A stretch of 64,000 nucleotides of DNA from Leucoraja erinacea (Eukaryota): positions 434,001-498,000 of the forward strand of contig NC_073409.1 in assembly GCF_028641065.1 (NCBI RefSeq), given 5' to 3'. The notes beneath the pieces were generated by a model. That model ran no database searches and was not told where the DNA came from. It saw nothing but the letters and a program-made list of their open reading frames with translations. Shown piece after piece: positions 12,406-25,170 of this stretch; the first letter of the stretch is position 1, and each line of letters starts with the position of its first letter. The position numbers and the translations under genes are program-made.

Positions 12406-12810
12406 CACAGAGTGCTGGAGTAACTCAGCGGGTCAGGCAGCATCTGTGGAGAACATGGATAGGTGACGTTTCACAGAGTGCTGGAGTAACTCAGCGGGTC
12501 AGGCAGCATCTGTGGAGAACATGGATAGGTGACGTTTCACAGAGTGCTGGAGTAACTCAGTGGGTCAGGCAGCATCTGTGGAGAACATGGATAGGTGACG
12601 TTTCACGTCGGAACTGGCTAGTGATCCCACCTCTTCTCCAGCTTCCACCCCCCCCCCCCCCCCCCCCCCCCCCATATTGCAGTTAGTCTGAAGAAAGTTT
12701 TCCGACCTGAAACATCACCTATCCATGTTCTCCACAGATGCTACCTGACCCGCTGAGTTACTCCAGCACTTTGTTTTCTATGCAAGATTCCAGCATCTAC
12801 AGTTCCTCGT
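12406..12810. repeat. Three tandem 66-bp Penelope-derived units plus an inverted copy
   Basis: The unit cacagagtgctggagtaactcagcgggtcaggcagcatctgtggagaacatggataggtgacgttt occurs three times (12406-12603), followed by a poly-C run and an inverted copy at ~12684-12810. Confidence 0.85.
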
Positions 12811-13524
12811 ATCTCTTGGTTGAAACTTGCCTTTTTAAACATCCAACAAAACCGTTGTGATGCAATGATTGTAGCTAAGAAACTCAGAAGAGGCCTAACA
12901 TTGGACAAGGTCCTTATTCTTAAACCCTAACTTTGGCTGTGACATTCACTGGTATGATATCACAGAGCTACAGGGTGGTATTGCCTAATGCTATGAATTT
13001 AAAATACTACAGGAGGCATTTGAAACTCAACAGAAGCGACAGGTGAGAACGTTTAGTTTGCTGTTGAATCTTGTGGCTTCCAGTTTTACCAGCAATGTTT
13101 CAGGAAGAGGCTGAACCTGAAAAATATTTAGACAATACTGGCTGTCTCTATGATTTAGATAAGTTGTTTATAATCATAGACTAAGATTGATGATAGTGTA
13201 GAAGGAAGTAACGTGACCAATGGCGCTTGTGTCCACAATGTTTCACCCCCTTCAACTATTTACCCAAATTGTTTTGAAAGTTTTATTGAATCTGCGTGCA
13301 GTCAGTGCGCTCCAAAATCAAGTCATTCTCCATCCCACCCCTTGCCCCCACTTCTTTTGTCTCTCTGCTCACCGATTCTTCAACCCTCCTGTCTTTTTAT
13401 CTCTGGCCTTTGCCCAGCCATCTACATATCAATCCCCCCTCTCACCTGTATCCACCTATTACTTGCCAGGTCTTATCCTGCCCCATCTACCTTGCATCCC
13501 ACTCCTCACCACAATCAGTCTGAA

Positions 13525-13880
13525 GCCCATTGAGTCTACTCCTCACTCAATCATGGCTGTTCTATCTTTCCCTCTTAACACATTCTCCTGCCTTCTCCCC
13601 ATAACCCCTGAAACCCGTACTAATCAAGAACCTGTCAATCTCCGCTTTAAACATACCCCATGACTTGGCCTCCACAGCCTTCTGTGGCAATGAATTCCAC
13701 AGATTCACCACTATCTAAATAAATTCCTCTTCATCTCCTTTCTAAAGGTACGCCCTTTTATTCTGAGGCTGTGCCCTCTGGTCCCTGGCTCTCCCACGAG
13801 TGGAAACATCCTCTCCACATCAGCTATATCCAGGCCTTTCACTCTTTGGTGAGTTTCAATTAGGCCCCCCCTCATCCTCA
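13525..13880 (-). mobile_element. CR1/HER1-type LINE 3' end
   Basis: MRGGLIETHQRVKGLDIADVERMFPLVGEPGTRGHSLRIKGRTFRKEMKRNLF. Confidence 0.85.
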
Positions 13881-15369
13881 GCATCGATACATCAAAATCT
13901 ACCATGAAATCTGTCATACCTGCCGCTTCTGAATGACTGAAGCAGGTACTCAAGATTCTAAGTGCCATCCTTATTGTTCTTTCTGCAAAGAAAGACACAA
14001 AGTGCTGGAGTAACTCAGCGGGTCAGGCAGCATCTCTTGGAACGGGGATAGATGACGTTTTGGGTCGGGATCCTTCATCAGACTTTTTCTTTCTCTAATT
14101 TAATTGTCATGGGCCAGGGATTCCCAGCAGTTGTACGTACGTTGCATGTTTTGATGGAGGACATCCTTGAATCTTCTCCTCGTCTGCCTGCTGTGACAGA
14201 GTAAGGGACGGAGTGTCTGGATCCGACACACAGCCAATGTGATCTGCTCACTGGAGTGAGAGAGAGAACATTGGTCAGTATCTCCACACGGTTTATAAAA
14301 CAACGTTCTTTAGAACAGGCAGGAAAACTGAAAGGAAGGTGAGCAGGACATGTGAAACTTGAAATGTACAGGTGATGGTTACCAACTTTGTCATTTGGAT
14401 TCTATTATTTTTTTTACATACAGTATGTATTAAAAAAATAAGAAACATTTAAGTGCATTTTTATAGACAGTTCTTAAACTATTTGATCAGATATTTGCCT
14501 CGCGTGAAAGAGTGTCCACTGACAAACTGCAGGTTATTTATGGTGACTACTGATGCCTGACGGTTCTGCCTCATGGCCTGTTTACCAAGGATATTTCTGC
14601 CCATTTTAGTCAAGGTGTGGTCCATTTCCTGGGCAGACGCAGTGCAGAGCTGCCGTCTAACTCGTATCCTGCTGCATCTGAGCATGCATAAACTCTGCAG
14701 ACCTCATTGTTACAGTAAAGCATAATAACTAAATAAAATATGGCCATCCTACAAACAGCTCAAGAAGTCAATCAAAGTACAGTGGCCCCATAAAGCTCTC
14801 TGGCCATGGTACATATTACTCATTAAATGCAAAGACTACAGGGCAATGTTTAACAGAACATAACAGTTTATATTAAATAATGTCGTTAAACAGGTATTCA
14901 GAATGTATGAAACTCTGAAGATTCCCCTCCACTCTCATTCCACCAACCTCTCTGTATCTCCATGAAGTCTATGAACTTACTGCTCCCTGCATCGCGTACA
15001 AGGATGAATGTGAAGGGGGGGAGGCTTCTATTGAGAGAAGACAGGCAGATGTTCCCATTTGGGTTTGGGTTAAACCCTTTGGGTTTATATTGTCTCAACA
15101 ATTCCAACCCAGTTTATCCAGTTCCATCTTGAATATTACAATTGAATCTGCCCCATAGCTATCCCTGGGACAAGAGTCCATGTCATATCCACTGCTGTAT
15201 ACAATATTTCCTCATGTCACTGAAGGGTATCTTCATTCTATCTTCTCTGGTTTTGACTCTTCCATCAGAGGGAACAGTTTTACTTTATTTTGTGTATGTA
15301 CTTTATCATTTTAAATGCCTGCATCAATCACACTGCCTGATAGTGAAGGGTTATATGAAGGGTTTTTTC

Positions 15370-16025
15370 CCAAAACATCACCTGTCCATTCCCTCCACAG
15401 ATGCTGCCTGACCCGCTGAGTTACTCCAGCACTCTGTGAAACGTCACCTATCCATATTCTCCACAGATGCTGCCTGACCCGCTGAGTTACTCCAGCACTC
15501 TGTGAAACGTCACCTATCCATGTTCTCCACAGATGCTGCCTGACCCACTCAGTTATGGTGCAGCAGCATCTATGGAGCTAAGGAAATAGGCAACGTTTCG
15601 GGCCGAAATCCTTCTGGAAATAGGCAACGTTTCGGGCCGAAATCCTTCTGGAAATAGGCAACGTTTCGGGCCGAAACCCATAAGGGTTTCGGCCCGAAAC
15701 GTTGCCTATTTCCTTAGCTCCATAGATGCTGCCTGACCCTCTGAGTTACTCCAGCACTCTGTGAAACGTCACCTATCCACATTCTCCACAGATGCTGCCT
15801 GACCCTCTGAGTTACTCCAGCACTCTGTGAAACGTCACCTATCCACGTTCTCCACAGATGCTGCCTGACCCGCTGAGATACTCCAGCACTCTGTGAAACG
15901 TCACCTATCCATGTTCTCCACAGATGCTGCCTGACCCGCTGAGTTACTCCAGCACTCTGTGAAACGTCACCTATCCACGTTCTCCACAGATGCTGCCTGA
16001 CCCGCTGAGTTACTCCAGCATTTTG
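15370..16025 (+). repeat. 66-bp tandem array interrupted by a palindromic insert with 34-bp subrepeats
   Basis: Repeated gaaacgtcacctatccatgttctccacagatgctgcctgacccgctgagttactccagcactctgt. The 34-bp repeats start at 15582, 15616 and 15650. Perfect 30-bp arms at 15650-15679 and 15684-15713. Confidence 0.88.
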
Positions 16026-16802
16026 TATTTTGTGTCACATAACGTCTGTACCAGAGAAAACAGCCTCAGTTTCTTCAACAAAAACTTCTCTAACAGCCCT
16101 TCATCCCACAATCATTTCAGTAAATCACTTCTGTGCGTTCTCTAAAGCCTTTACGTCATTCATAATGAGTGCCGCCTAGAACTAAACATAACAACCCATT
16201 TGTGACCTTGCCTGTGTTTTGTAAATGTTCATTGTGATATTCTTGCTCCTATATTTATGCCTCTATTTATAATGCCTGGAACCCCATATGTTTTTTCACC
16301 ATTTTATCATCCTGCTCTGCCACTTTCATTAAACCATGCAAGTATATCTCCAGATATCTGTATCTGTACACTTTCTGGAATTTTGCCCTCTTGTTTATGT
16401 GGCCGCTCTCCCAGCCAAAATGTAACTGTTCCCATTTCACAGCATTATATTTCATTAGAGATTGTTTGGTGTGGAATGTCATTCAGGAGTTGAGTGGATA
16501 CATCATTAATAATAGACACAAATCCAGCATTCTGAGTTACTCCAGCACTCTGTGAAACGTCACCTATCCATGTTCTCCACAGTTGCTGCCTGACCCGCTG
16601 AGTTACTCCAGCACTTTGAGACGAGTCAGTATTTCTGACAAAGGTTGTTATGGAAATATAAGTTGACTTACCGTCTCATCATCTTCAGCGCTGTGCTCTG
16701 CAAGTTTCTCCGACAATGCATAGCCAGCTAAGATCAAGTGTCGTGTCTGAATGCGTCTCAATTGTAGAACAACAGTGGACAAGTCAGGCCCACTCATGGT
16801 GG

Positions 16803-17090
16803 CCTGCCTGTCTGACTCTGCCTGTCTGTCTGATGCTGCCTGTCTGACACTGCCTGTCTGATGCTGCCTGTCTGATGCTGCCTGTCTGACACTGCCTGTC
16901 TGATGCTGCCTGTCTGATGCTGCCTGTCTGTCTCTCACTGCCTGTCTGATACTGCCTGTCTGATGCTGCCTGTCTGTCTGATGCTGCCTGTCTGACGCTG
17001 CCTGTCTGACGCTGCCTGTCTGATGCTGCCTGTCTGACCTTGCCTGTCTGACGTTGCCTGTCTGATGCTGCCTGTCTGATATTGCCTGTC
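16803..17090. repeat. 14-bp minisatellite (ctgcctgtctgatg)n running into a Penelope-derived element
   Basis: Directly visible; continues as cctgtcccgctaagttactccagc... Confidence 0.9.
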
Positions 17091-17419
17091 CCGCTAAGTT
17101 ACTCCAGCATTTTGTGCCTATCTTCAGTTTAAACCGGCACCTGCAGTTCCTTTCTACACTACTCATTTAAAATGTGTTTTGTTAAAGCCTTAATGCACCT
17201 ACAGTTGATACTTCCATTGATGTTCCTGACAACAATTTTTACAGATCAATATCAGCAGCATCTGTTAAGGTCGCTGTGAAACAACAAGCTGGCAGTTATT
17301 TCCTTCTATAAAGCAGGCAGTGAAGAATGACTGGCTTTTTTTATGGGTTTGACAACATTATTTGCATAAACATCATTTGTAAAGCTCACAATAACCAACG
17401 TTTTTTTAATCTTTCTTTC

Positions 17420-17685
17420 ATGTTAGTTTTTGGAGATACAATGTGGAAACAGGCCCTTTGGCCCATTGAGTTCATGCCATCCAGCATTGCTAGATCTATC
17501 CAGCACACTAGGGACAATTTACAGAAGCCAATTAACTTATTTGCACATCTGTGAAATGTGGGAGGAAACCGGAACACCCGGAGAAAACCCCATGGTCACA
17601 GGGAGAATGTACAAACTCTATATAGACAGCACCTATAGTCAGGTCTCTGTGCTTTAAGGCTGTAACTCTGTCACTGTGCCACCCT
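17420..17685 (-). mobile_element. HE1-like SINE
   Basis: gtgggaggaaaccggaacacccggagaaaaccc...gacagcacc (reverse V-domain). Confidence 0.8.
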
Positions 17686-19747
17686 TCATTCACTCACCCT
17701 TCAATAAAAGACATATTGGCAAGGTATACTTACTGAGTTGCCTTTTTTAATTGTTTCTTTAAACTGGGTTACTTTCCTTTCTTTCTCTACAAAGTGTAGT
17801 TTATTGCTGACATTGTTGGTTATTCTTTACTAAATAATCACTTCGTTTTTTTATTTAAATTAGAAATAGATTTTTTTCATGGAATATTGTGAATAGGCTT
17901 TCACTAAAAACGTGTCCAAAATGCCAGCTCAATTTAAAAACATCCAATGAAAATTAAATTACCTTTTATTTCTTCTGGTCCAACCCTTAAATGATTTTTA
18001 TGTAGGGGAAGGTGTTTGTAGATATAATATGAACCACTCATGAAACAAAAAGGATTGTAAATTAATTTAAATTATAAGATTTAGTGGTGGCATTTTTGAA
18101 TTTGAATAAGGAGCAAGATTTTGAAACAAAGTGATTTATGAAAGTGCTTTTAACACTTTCCACTTCTCTATACAGTATTAATTTGCATTCTTTTGTTCCT
18201 TCGCCTGCTTGCTTGTGAAGATACAGGCAGCAGCATGAGGTGTTTCCAGATCTATTTACAGTGACGTTATTTTTTTCTTTACTGTCTTGGAAGGGAAATG
18301 GCAAGATCAGTCCTGGTTTAGATTCTTGATTATTTTCCAGTAATTGCTGCTTGTAATATATGTGGACATTGGTCAAGTAAATGGGCCTCAGTCCAGAGGG
18401 AAGCTGTTTGTGTGTGATATGATAAAGATAGAAAAGGTGTTGGGAAAATGATTAGTCTTCATGGAAATTGGTTCTGTAAATGATCCATTAGTTTCAGATC
18501 ATGGCTGGCAGGACACCATGCAACAGTTGTATGATGGAGGCCAGACTGCGAGATATTCACTCGTTGCTGTCCCTCCCACAACTAAGACAGTTGCCATTGA
18601 GGAGTTTTCTGATTAGTCCTGAATAGAAACGCAATAGAAGTATAACGCTAACACCCCTCCTGCAAGAATCAACATCATGATGAAAAACATTTGTTTTCTA
18701 CCCAGAGAGCTGACAAAGAGTGCTGGTATTTGGGCTGGTTCCCATTCACATCTCTCCACACAGTTCAGTCTGAAATACAGTCAATTATATTGATACACAA
18801 CAGGATGAATTTATTTTAAATAATGCACATTAATTATTACTGGCAAAGGCACATGTCAAGCAGATTTATTCAAACAGGCCAATGAACCCTGAACTGACCG
18901 GTTGGACGCTGTTCACCAAATGTGGTTTAGAGGCCACACGTTATTTGCTATTGTTAGAAGGGAGGCTGCTCCTTTTCCTACATGTCATTTTTAGAGGTGG
19001 TTTTTAGGGCGGAGGACTCCAGCTGGATTGGTGGTCTATTTTTGTCCCCATTGAAATAGCCAAGTGTAGGTGTGAAAGGAGCAGTTTCCTCTTTTCCACA
19101 GTGTGCATTCTACACGTACAATATCCTGGTTCCCATCGCTGACACTGGGTTGTTGGAGCAGGGGACAGGGTGTGCTAACTGTCCCCACCTTACTGGGACA
19201 GGAAATCTCACTGGATGCAAGACGGCACCGAGAACACAGCTCAAAATGCATTCTTGAAAACTTACCCGGCCATTCCCCTGTCTGTAGGAGCTGCCATTGT
19301 ATAACTACCAAGGGACTTCAGGCCTGCTGTCAGTGTGCAGAAACACTGTGTCTAAAAAGTACACTTCTCTCATTCCCTCATAAGACTGGCAAGTTATTTT
19401 CTTTCTTTGTAGGGATGAATCTCTCTCCTCCCTCTCTCTCTCTCTCATTCAGCTACAGTGCTGAATGCTGGCCATGTGTCAGTGATGAATGAACTCTGTC
19501 AGTTGTCAAGTGGAACAAATTGCATGTCTGTAAAAACTTTCACAATTCGGACTCCACAAGGTAGTTAATTACAATTAAATATTCTTTCCTAAAGGGTAGG
19601 CATTTTTATAAGACAGGGAACCAGCTAGTAACAAGGTCTATAAAAGCAGTGACCACAGAAACTGTTTACTAATGCTGTATTAAATTGCCAGTCGCTAGGG
19701 AGTGTATTTGTGCTTGGGATATTTTCAATCCAGCTGAGAAGGTACAT

Positions 19748-20246
19748 ACGGCTGCACCATCGAGAGCATCCTTACCAACTGCATCACAGTATGGTACGGC
19801 AACTGCTCTGTCTCCGACCGGAAGGCATTGCAGAGGGTGGTGAAAATTGCCCAATGCATCACCAGTTCCTCGCTCCCCTCCATTGAGTGTGTCCAAAGCA
19901 AGCGTTGTCTGCGGAGGGCGCTCAGCATCGCCAAGGACTGCTCTCACCCCAACCATGGACTGTTTACCCTCCTACCATCCGGGAGGCGCTACAGGTCTCT
20001 CCGTTGCCGGACCAGCAGGTCCAGGAACAACTTCTTCCCTGCGGCTGTCACTCTACTCAACAACGTACCTCGGTGACTGCCAATCACCCCCCCCCCCGGA
20101 CACTCCCACAGGAAAAACACTGTATGCATGTAAATAGATTTATTTATTGAAATCATATTCTGTGTCGCTCTTCCAGGGAGATGCTAACTGCATTTCGTTG
20201 TCTCTGTACTGTACACTGACAATGACAATTAAAGTTGAATCTGAAT
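19748..20246 (+). mobile_element. Rex1/Babar-type LINE 3' fragment
   Basis: GCTIESILTNCITVWYGNC...LQRVVKIAQCIT...HPNHGLFTLLPSGRRYRSL...NNFFPAAV, followed by a 3' UTR. Confidence 0.85.
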
Positions 20247-20384
20247 AGGGCAGCGGTAAATATCCACCCTGAGACCCTAGCAGGGGTGGGGAAGGGTGTG
20301 TAGTGAGTAATGGGGGAGATGAGGGGTGGGATATGGGGGGAGGGGTTGTAAGGTGTGGACTGGGGCCGTAAGAGCAGGAGCTGG

Positions 20385-20830
20385 GAAAGGTTCAATGGTC
20401 ACCTTACTTCTAAATGCCACACCTACACTGACCTCTTCAGCTGCATCCTTGCCTACTATCGTAGTGAGGCTCAATATAAACAAGTGGAACAACATTTTAT
20501 CGTCTGTCCGGATGCTTTGTGTCCCTCTGGAATAAATGTTAAATTTTCAAACTCTAGGTAGACTATTTTTCTTCTCAGTTCCCATTATTACACCGATGTA
20601 GCTTACTTACCAAATCTCTGCAATATACCCCCTAATGATCAGTAGTCCAGCTCTTTATGTCCAATCTCCATAGAGTGTTTCACCTCCCCCCAGCTCGGTT
20701 TTGAAGACTAATCCCCTCCACTCTTCCCCCCGATTCTGAGGAAGAATCCGGGACCCAAAACGTTCATTGGTTTCTCTTTCCATAGATGCCGATCGACTGG
20801 CTGAGATCCTGCAACATTTGTGGTTTTTGC
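20385..20830 (+). mobile_element. Degenerate Penelope 3' remnant
   Basis: HTYTDLFSCILAYYRSEAQYKQVEQHFIVCPDALCPSGINVKFSN, then a degenerate ctgaggaagaatccgggacccaaaacgttc motif at ~20736. Confidence 0.6.
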
Positions 20831-21384
20831 CACAAGTGGGGTAGCATGTTGGTGGAGTTGCTGGCAACGGCAGGTACCCCTCACTGGGTCCACAGTACTG
20901 CTCCAGTACCAGCCTCTCTGTACCAATGAGAATGGGCACTCTCCAAATCTGAGGCAGCCTGTGGTATTCTTATGTAACTAACTATTCAAAATGCACAACA
21001 GCCGGTTTAATGAAGGGAGGGGAAGGGAATTTAAGGAGGGAGAAAAAACAAAAGAAAATAGTTTTGTTGCCCAGTCAACCGGGAAAAATAATGGAGACGC
21101 CCGTTCCTTTCAGAGACAGTTTGGGTGAGACCATGTGATTGTGCTTTCCTGCCACCCCCCCCCCCCCCCACGACAAAGTGATTCATTAAAGGGACAGTCT
21201 TCATGAAACATCTGCTAAATGCATTCAGTCCAAGGACTGATAAACAGTACAATCTAGTAGCACATCAGTGCAGCACAGTCATGATGCAAATGTTCAGGCC
21301 GTTCATATTTATCAACAAACAACTTAAAGCTATCAATGACCTTTTATGCAATGCCCAAAACCAGAGAGCAGTGCTGGACGACAC

Positions 21385-21655
21385 ACTACCTTTATGGTGA
21401 ACCTCGGACTATCCTTGATCGGACTTTGCTGACCAGAGAGTAGTGCTGAACTACTGTCTACCTCTATGGTGACCCTTGGACTATCCTTGATCAGACTTTG
21501 CTTGCTTTACCTTGTACTAAACATTATTTCCTTATCAAGTATCTATACACTGTAAATGGCTCAATTGGAATTATGTATTGTCTTTCCGTTGACTGGTTAG
21601 CACGCAACAATATCTTCTCACTCTACCTATACGTGACAATAAACTAAACTGAACT
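21385..21655 (+). mobile_element. Rex1-type LINE 3' UTR fragment
   Basis: ggactatccttgatc...ctatacactgtaaatggctcaatt...gactggttagcacgcaaca...aataaactaaactgaact. Confidence 0.65.
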
Positions 21656-22629
21656 GGCCTGGCCTGACATTCTCCTTCAAGGCAAGGGACCTCTACTATC
21701 GCTTACATATTCCTGGACAATATGTGTCAAACAACCCTGCTTTCATCGTCAAATTCTTCCATTTCTCTGTTGTCTGTTATTGTTCATCATTTTGTAGATT
21801 CTGTTTTTGGTCAAAACTGCTGAGTTTCATCATTCGATTCTTCCTATAAGTTCATCAACACAGATTTTCCTGTTGTATTGTAGCCGTTCTGGCCAACATT
21901 CCCATGGCAACCTTCACTCACTGTTCTATTCTTCCAGTTTTGCTCACTTTGTATTCTCTGTTTGGCTTCATGTTTGCTTCCTGTAACGAAGATTTAAATG
22001 TTATTTTTAATAATACATTATTCTTTTAAATGAGCCCTGAATTTACCACATACCTCAAAGTGGTTACTTGTTTAAATTAAAGAGTGTTGTCACCAAAGAT
22101 GGTTGTCACTGCCATGAGGGGGGGGGAGGGGGGGGAGGGGGGAGGGGGGGGGGGGGGTCGCCTACAATCTGTAAGAGACCATGAGAAAAAGTTCATATTT
22201 CCAAACATATAAACATATTTCCACACTCCATAATTCTACTCATAATAAAAACCTTGTGACAAATCTTTTCTCACCATTGTTTCAGGAATTATATACCAAC
22301 TATATACCAAGGCTTAATCCATAGGCTGGCAATATCAGCTGCCTGAGGCTTTTACTGCATCCAGCTCTGAAATACCCCCATTAATATTAATAGAAGATTG
22401 TGGCACTGCATGCTACGTAATGCAGACAGGTTATTTCGAGATTTTCTTTTCCCTTATGCCAGTAATGACTAAATCTTTACTGCAGAAGCTATTTTTGGCA
22501 AGGAGTAGATTGCTAAAATCAGGAAGTGGCTGTTTTCAGCGTATGTGTTAAATTGCCACCTGTTCTGAAGAAACTTAAAGCATCAAAACTTATGTAACAT
22601 ATTTAAAAACACAACAGAAACTACTCGAG

Positions 22630-22892
22630 GTAGCCAAAAATGCTGGAGGAACTCAGTGGGTGAGGCAGCATCTATGGAGAGGAGGAAATAGGTGAAGTTT
22701 CGGGTCGAGACCCTTCTTCAGACTGATGTCGCGGGAACAGAGGAAGAGGCTGAGACAGTTAGCTGTGGGAGAGCTGGGAAGGGGAGGGGAAGGAGGGAGA
22801 AAGCAAGGACTACCTGAAATTGGAGGTCAATGTTCGTACCGCTGGGCTGTAAACTACCTGAGCCAAATATGTGGTGCTGTTCCTCCAAGTTG
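22630..22892 (-). mobile_element. Penelope-like element 3' fragment (GIY-YIG C-terminal remnant plus pLTR hammerhead motif)
   Basis: The minus-strand translation NLEEQHHIFGSGSLQPSGTNID matches the typical PLE ORF end (LEEQHLIFRLGSLQPxGxN). It is followed by cagtCTGAAGAagggtctcgacccGAAAC at ~22697-22725. Confidence 0.75.
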
Positions 22893-23035
22893 TGAATCTG
22901 TGGAATTCTATGCCACAGAGGCCAATTCACTGGATGTTTTCAAGAGAGAGATTTAGCTCTTAGGCCGAATCAAGGGATATGGGGGGAAATCCAGAATGGG
23001 GTACTGATTTTGGATGATCAGCCAGGATCATATTG

Positions 23036-23387
23036 ACAATAGACAATAGATGCAGGAGTTGGCCATTCGGCCCTTTGAGCCAGCACCGCCATTCAATGTG
23101 ACCATGGCTGATCATCCACAATCAGTATCCTGTTCCTGCCTTCTCCCCATATCCCTCGACTCCGCTATCTTTAAGAGCCTTATCTAGCTCTCTCTTGAAA
23201 GCATCCAGAGAACAGGCCTCCACCGCCCTCCGAGGCAGAGAATTCCACAGACTCACAACTCTCTGTGTGAAAAAGTATTTCCTCATCTCCGTTCTAAATG
23301 GCTTACCCCTTATTCTTAAACTGTGGCCCCTGGTTCTGGATTCACCCAACATCGGGAACATGTTTCCTGCCTCTAGTGTATCCAAAC
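23036..23387 (-). mobile_element. CR1/HER1-type LINE 3' end nested in an oppositely oriented CR1 tail
   Basis: LEAGNMFPMLGESRTRGHSLRIRGKPFRTEMRKYFFTQRVVSLWNSLP...; terminus (ctattgt)n. Confidence 0.88.
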
Positions 23388-24904
23388 GCTATTTGAATGG
23401 CGGCGCTGGCTCGAAGGGCCAAACGGCCTACTCCTGCACCTGTTTTTTATGTTTTTATCTCTGGACAACATGAATCGGTGATGTTTCTCCAGTTCTTTCT
23501 TTCCACCCATTAGAATTTTCCAGGTTATTAGGCGAGTGAGTGAAAGCTCTGGAATATATGGTTTCTTTTATAACTCTCATAAAAACATTAATGATAAAAA
23601 AAGTCTGTCAGCATTGCATCATATGCATATTAATACTACCTACAGAAGCAGACAGCAGTGAATCCAAGAGAACATTTTGTTTGCTTGCACATGAAGCAAG
23701 ATCGTAGCACTCTAGGTATACTGCCAAATCATATTATGTAAGTAATTTCAATAGCCAGTAAAAAGGAATCTGCTTCAAAGCAAACCTCATGACTATGTTG
23801 GTGATATAAATTCCACATGCCCCGATGGAACAGGAAGTTGCTGATTACAACTTTAATTTGAAATTATTTCCCAGCCATCACAATCAAATATACATTTTTA
23901 TCCTTAATATTGAATGTTTTCTGTTCCTAAGTTAGAAGGGAAATGTGGTTTGTCTTTACATTAATTCCATTTTATATTTTCCCCACATTCCCATCAACTC
24001 CCCCTAGATTCTATCACTCATCTACACACGAGTGGCCAATTAACCTACCAACCTGCATGTCTTTTGGGATGTGGGGGAAAGCCAGAGCACCCAAAGGTAA
24101 CGTACGTGGTCACGAGGTGAACTTGTGGACTCCACCCAAGATCAGGATTGAACCTGGGTCTCTGGTACGGCGATGTAGCGCTACCAGCTGTGTTACTGTG
24201 TAGTTCCCCACTCCCACCCTGCCCTCCATGTCTGTGCCCCCCTATACTGTTGCATTGAAGGTCAAAGATTAGTTTGAGGAGCACCAACACATTTTATAGT
24301 CTGTAGGTCTGTAAATCCAACTCTGGATGACTTGCTCTTGCATTCCCCACGCTGGCTATTTTTGTCTGTCAGCCTATCGTTCTTCTTCTCTCTCGTGTGG
24401 TCTCACATGCAGGGCATGTCCCAACAAGCCAAACCTTTAACATTGGCAACGTCACACAGGAAAACGCCTAACCTCCTTCATACCTCATTGTTTCACCTTG
24501 TCAGAGAAATTCCCTCTGTTCCGCCCATCACCCTCTCCACCCTGGTCTGCTACCTAGACTAACCTGGCTCAGTTCTGATGAAGAGTCCCAGTCACAAACA
24601 TTAACTAGGTCTCACTCCACAGGTGTTGCCTGACCTCAAGTGAAGTACAGACATTTCATAGTTAACTGGAAGATGTCACCCCCAGCAACAGATTTGACTG
24701 CCTTCTGGAATATCTAAATATCAATATGACATTTTTAGTTTATAAATGTTTTACAAATTATGTTACTATAAATTATAACAACATATACATTCCAATACTG
24801 TCAAAGGGATTGATATTCTGCCCTTCTTTAGCATCCAAAAGCCATAACAAATAAAAACACTATTAATAATACTTAACTTTAAAAATTGATGGATAAAACA
24901 TTTG

Positions 24905-25170
24905 TGGCCCAGCGGTGGAGTTGCCGCCTTACAGCGTTAGAGATCCAGGTTCAATCCTGACTACAGATGTACAGAATTTGTAAGTTCTCACTGTGACCGC
25001 GTGGATTTTCTCTGGGTGCTCTGGCTTCCTCCTGCATTCCAAACATGTAGGTCAATTGGCCTCTGTAAATTGTCCCCAGTGTGTAGGATAGAACTAGTAA
25101 TGGGGTCAGCACGGACTTGGTGGGCCGAAGGGCCTGTCCCCTCACTGCACCTCTAAAGATAAGCTAAAAG
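24905..25170 (+). mobile_element. HE1-like SINE, followed by a CR1 3' tail fragment (to ~25295)
   Basis: gtggcccagcggtggagttgccgcc...ggttcaatcctga...gggccgaagggcctgt. Confidence 0.8.

Noticed and set aside
12372-12686. ORFs with repeated QSAGVTQRVRQHLWRTWIGDVS (also 48373-48735 and 61654-61884)
   Set aside because: These are translations of the 66-bp (22-codon) repeat unit, not genes.
15370-16025. CRISPR-like array
   Set aside because: The units are contiguous tandem copies without unique spacers, there are no cas genes, and the context is eukaryotic.
16648-17166. 172-aa minus-strand ORF, and the similar 37303-37635 RQVGS-repeat ORF
   Set aside because: Minisatellite translations.
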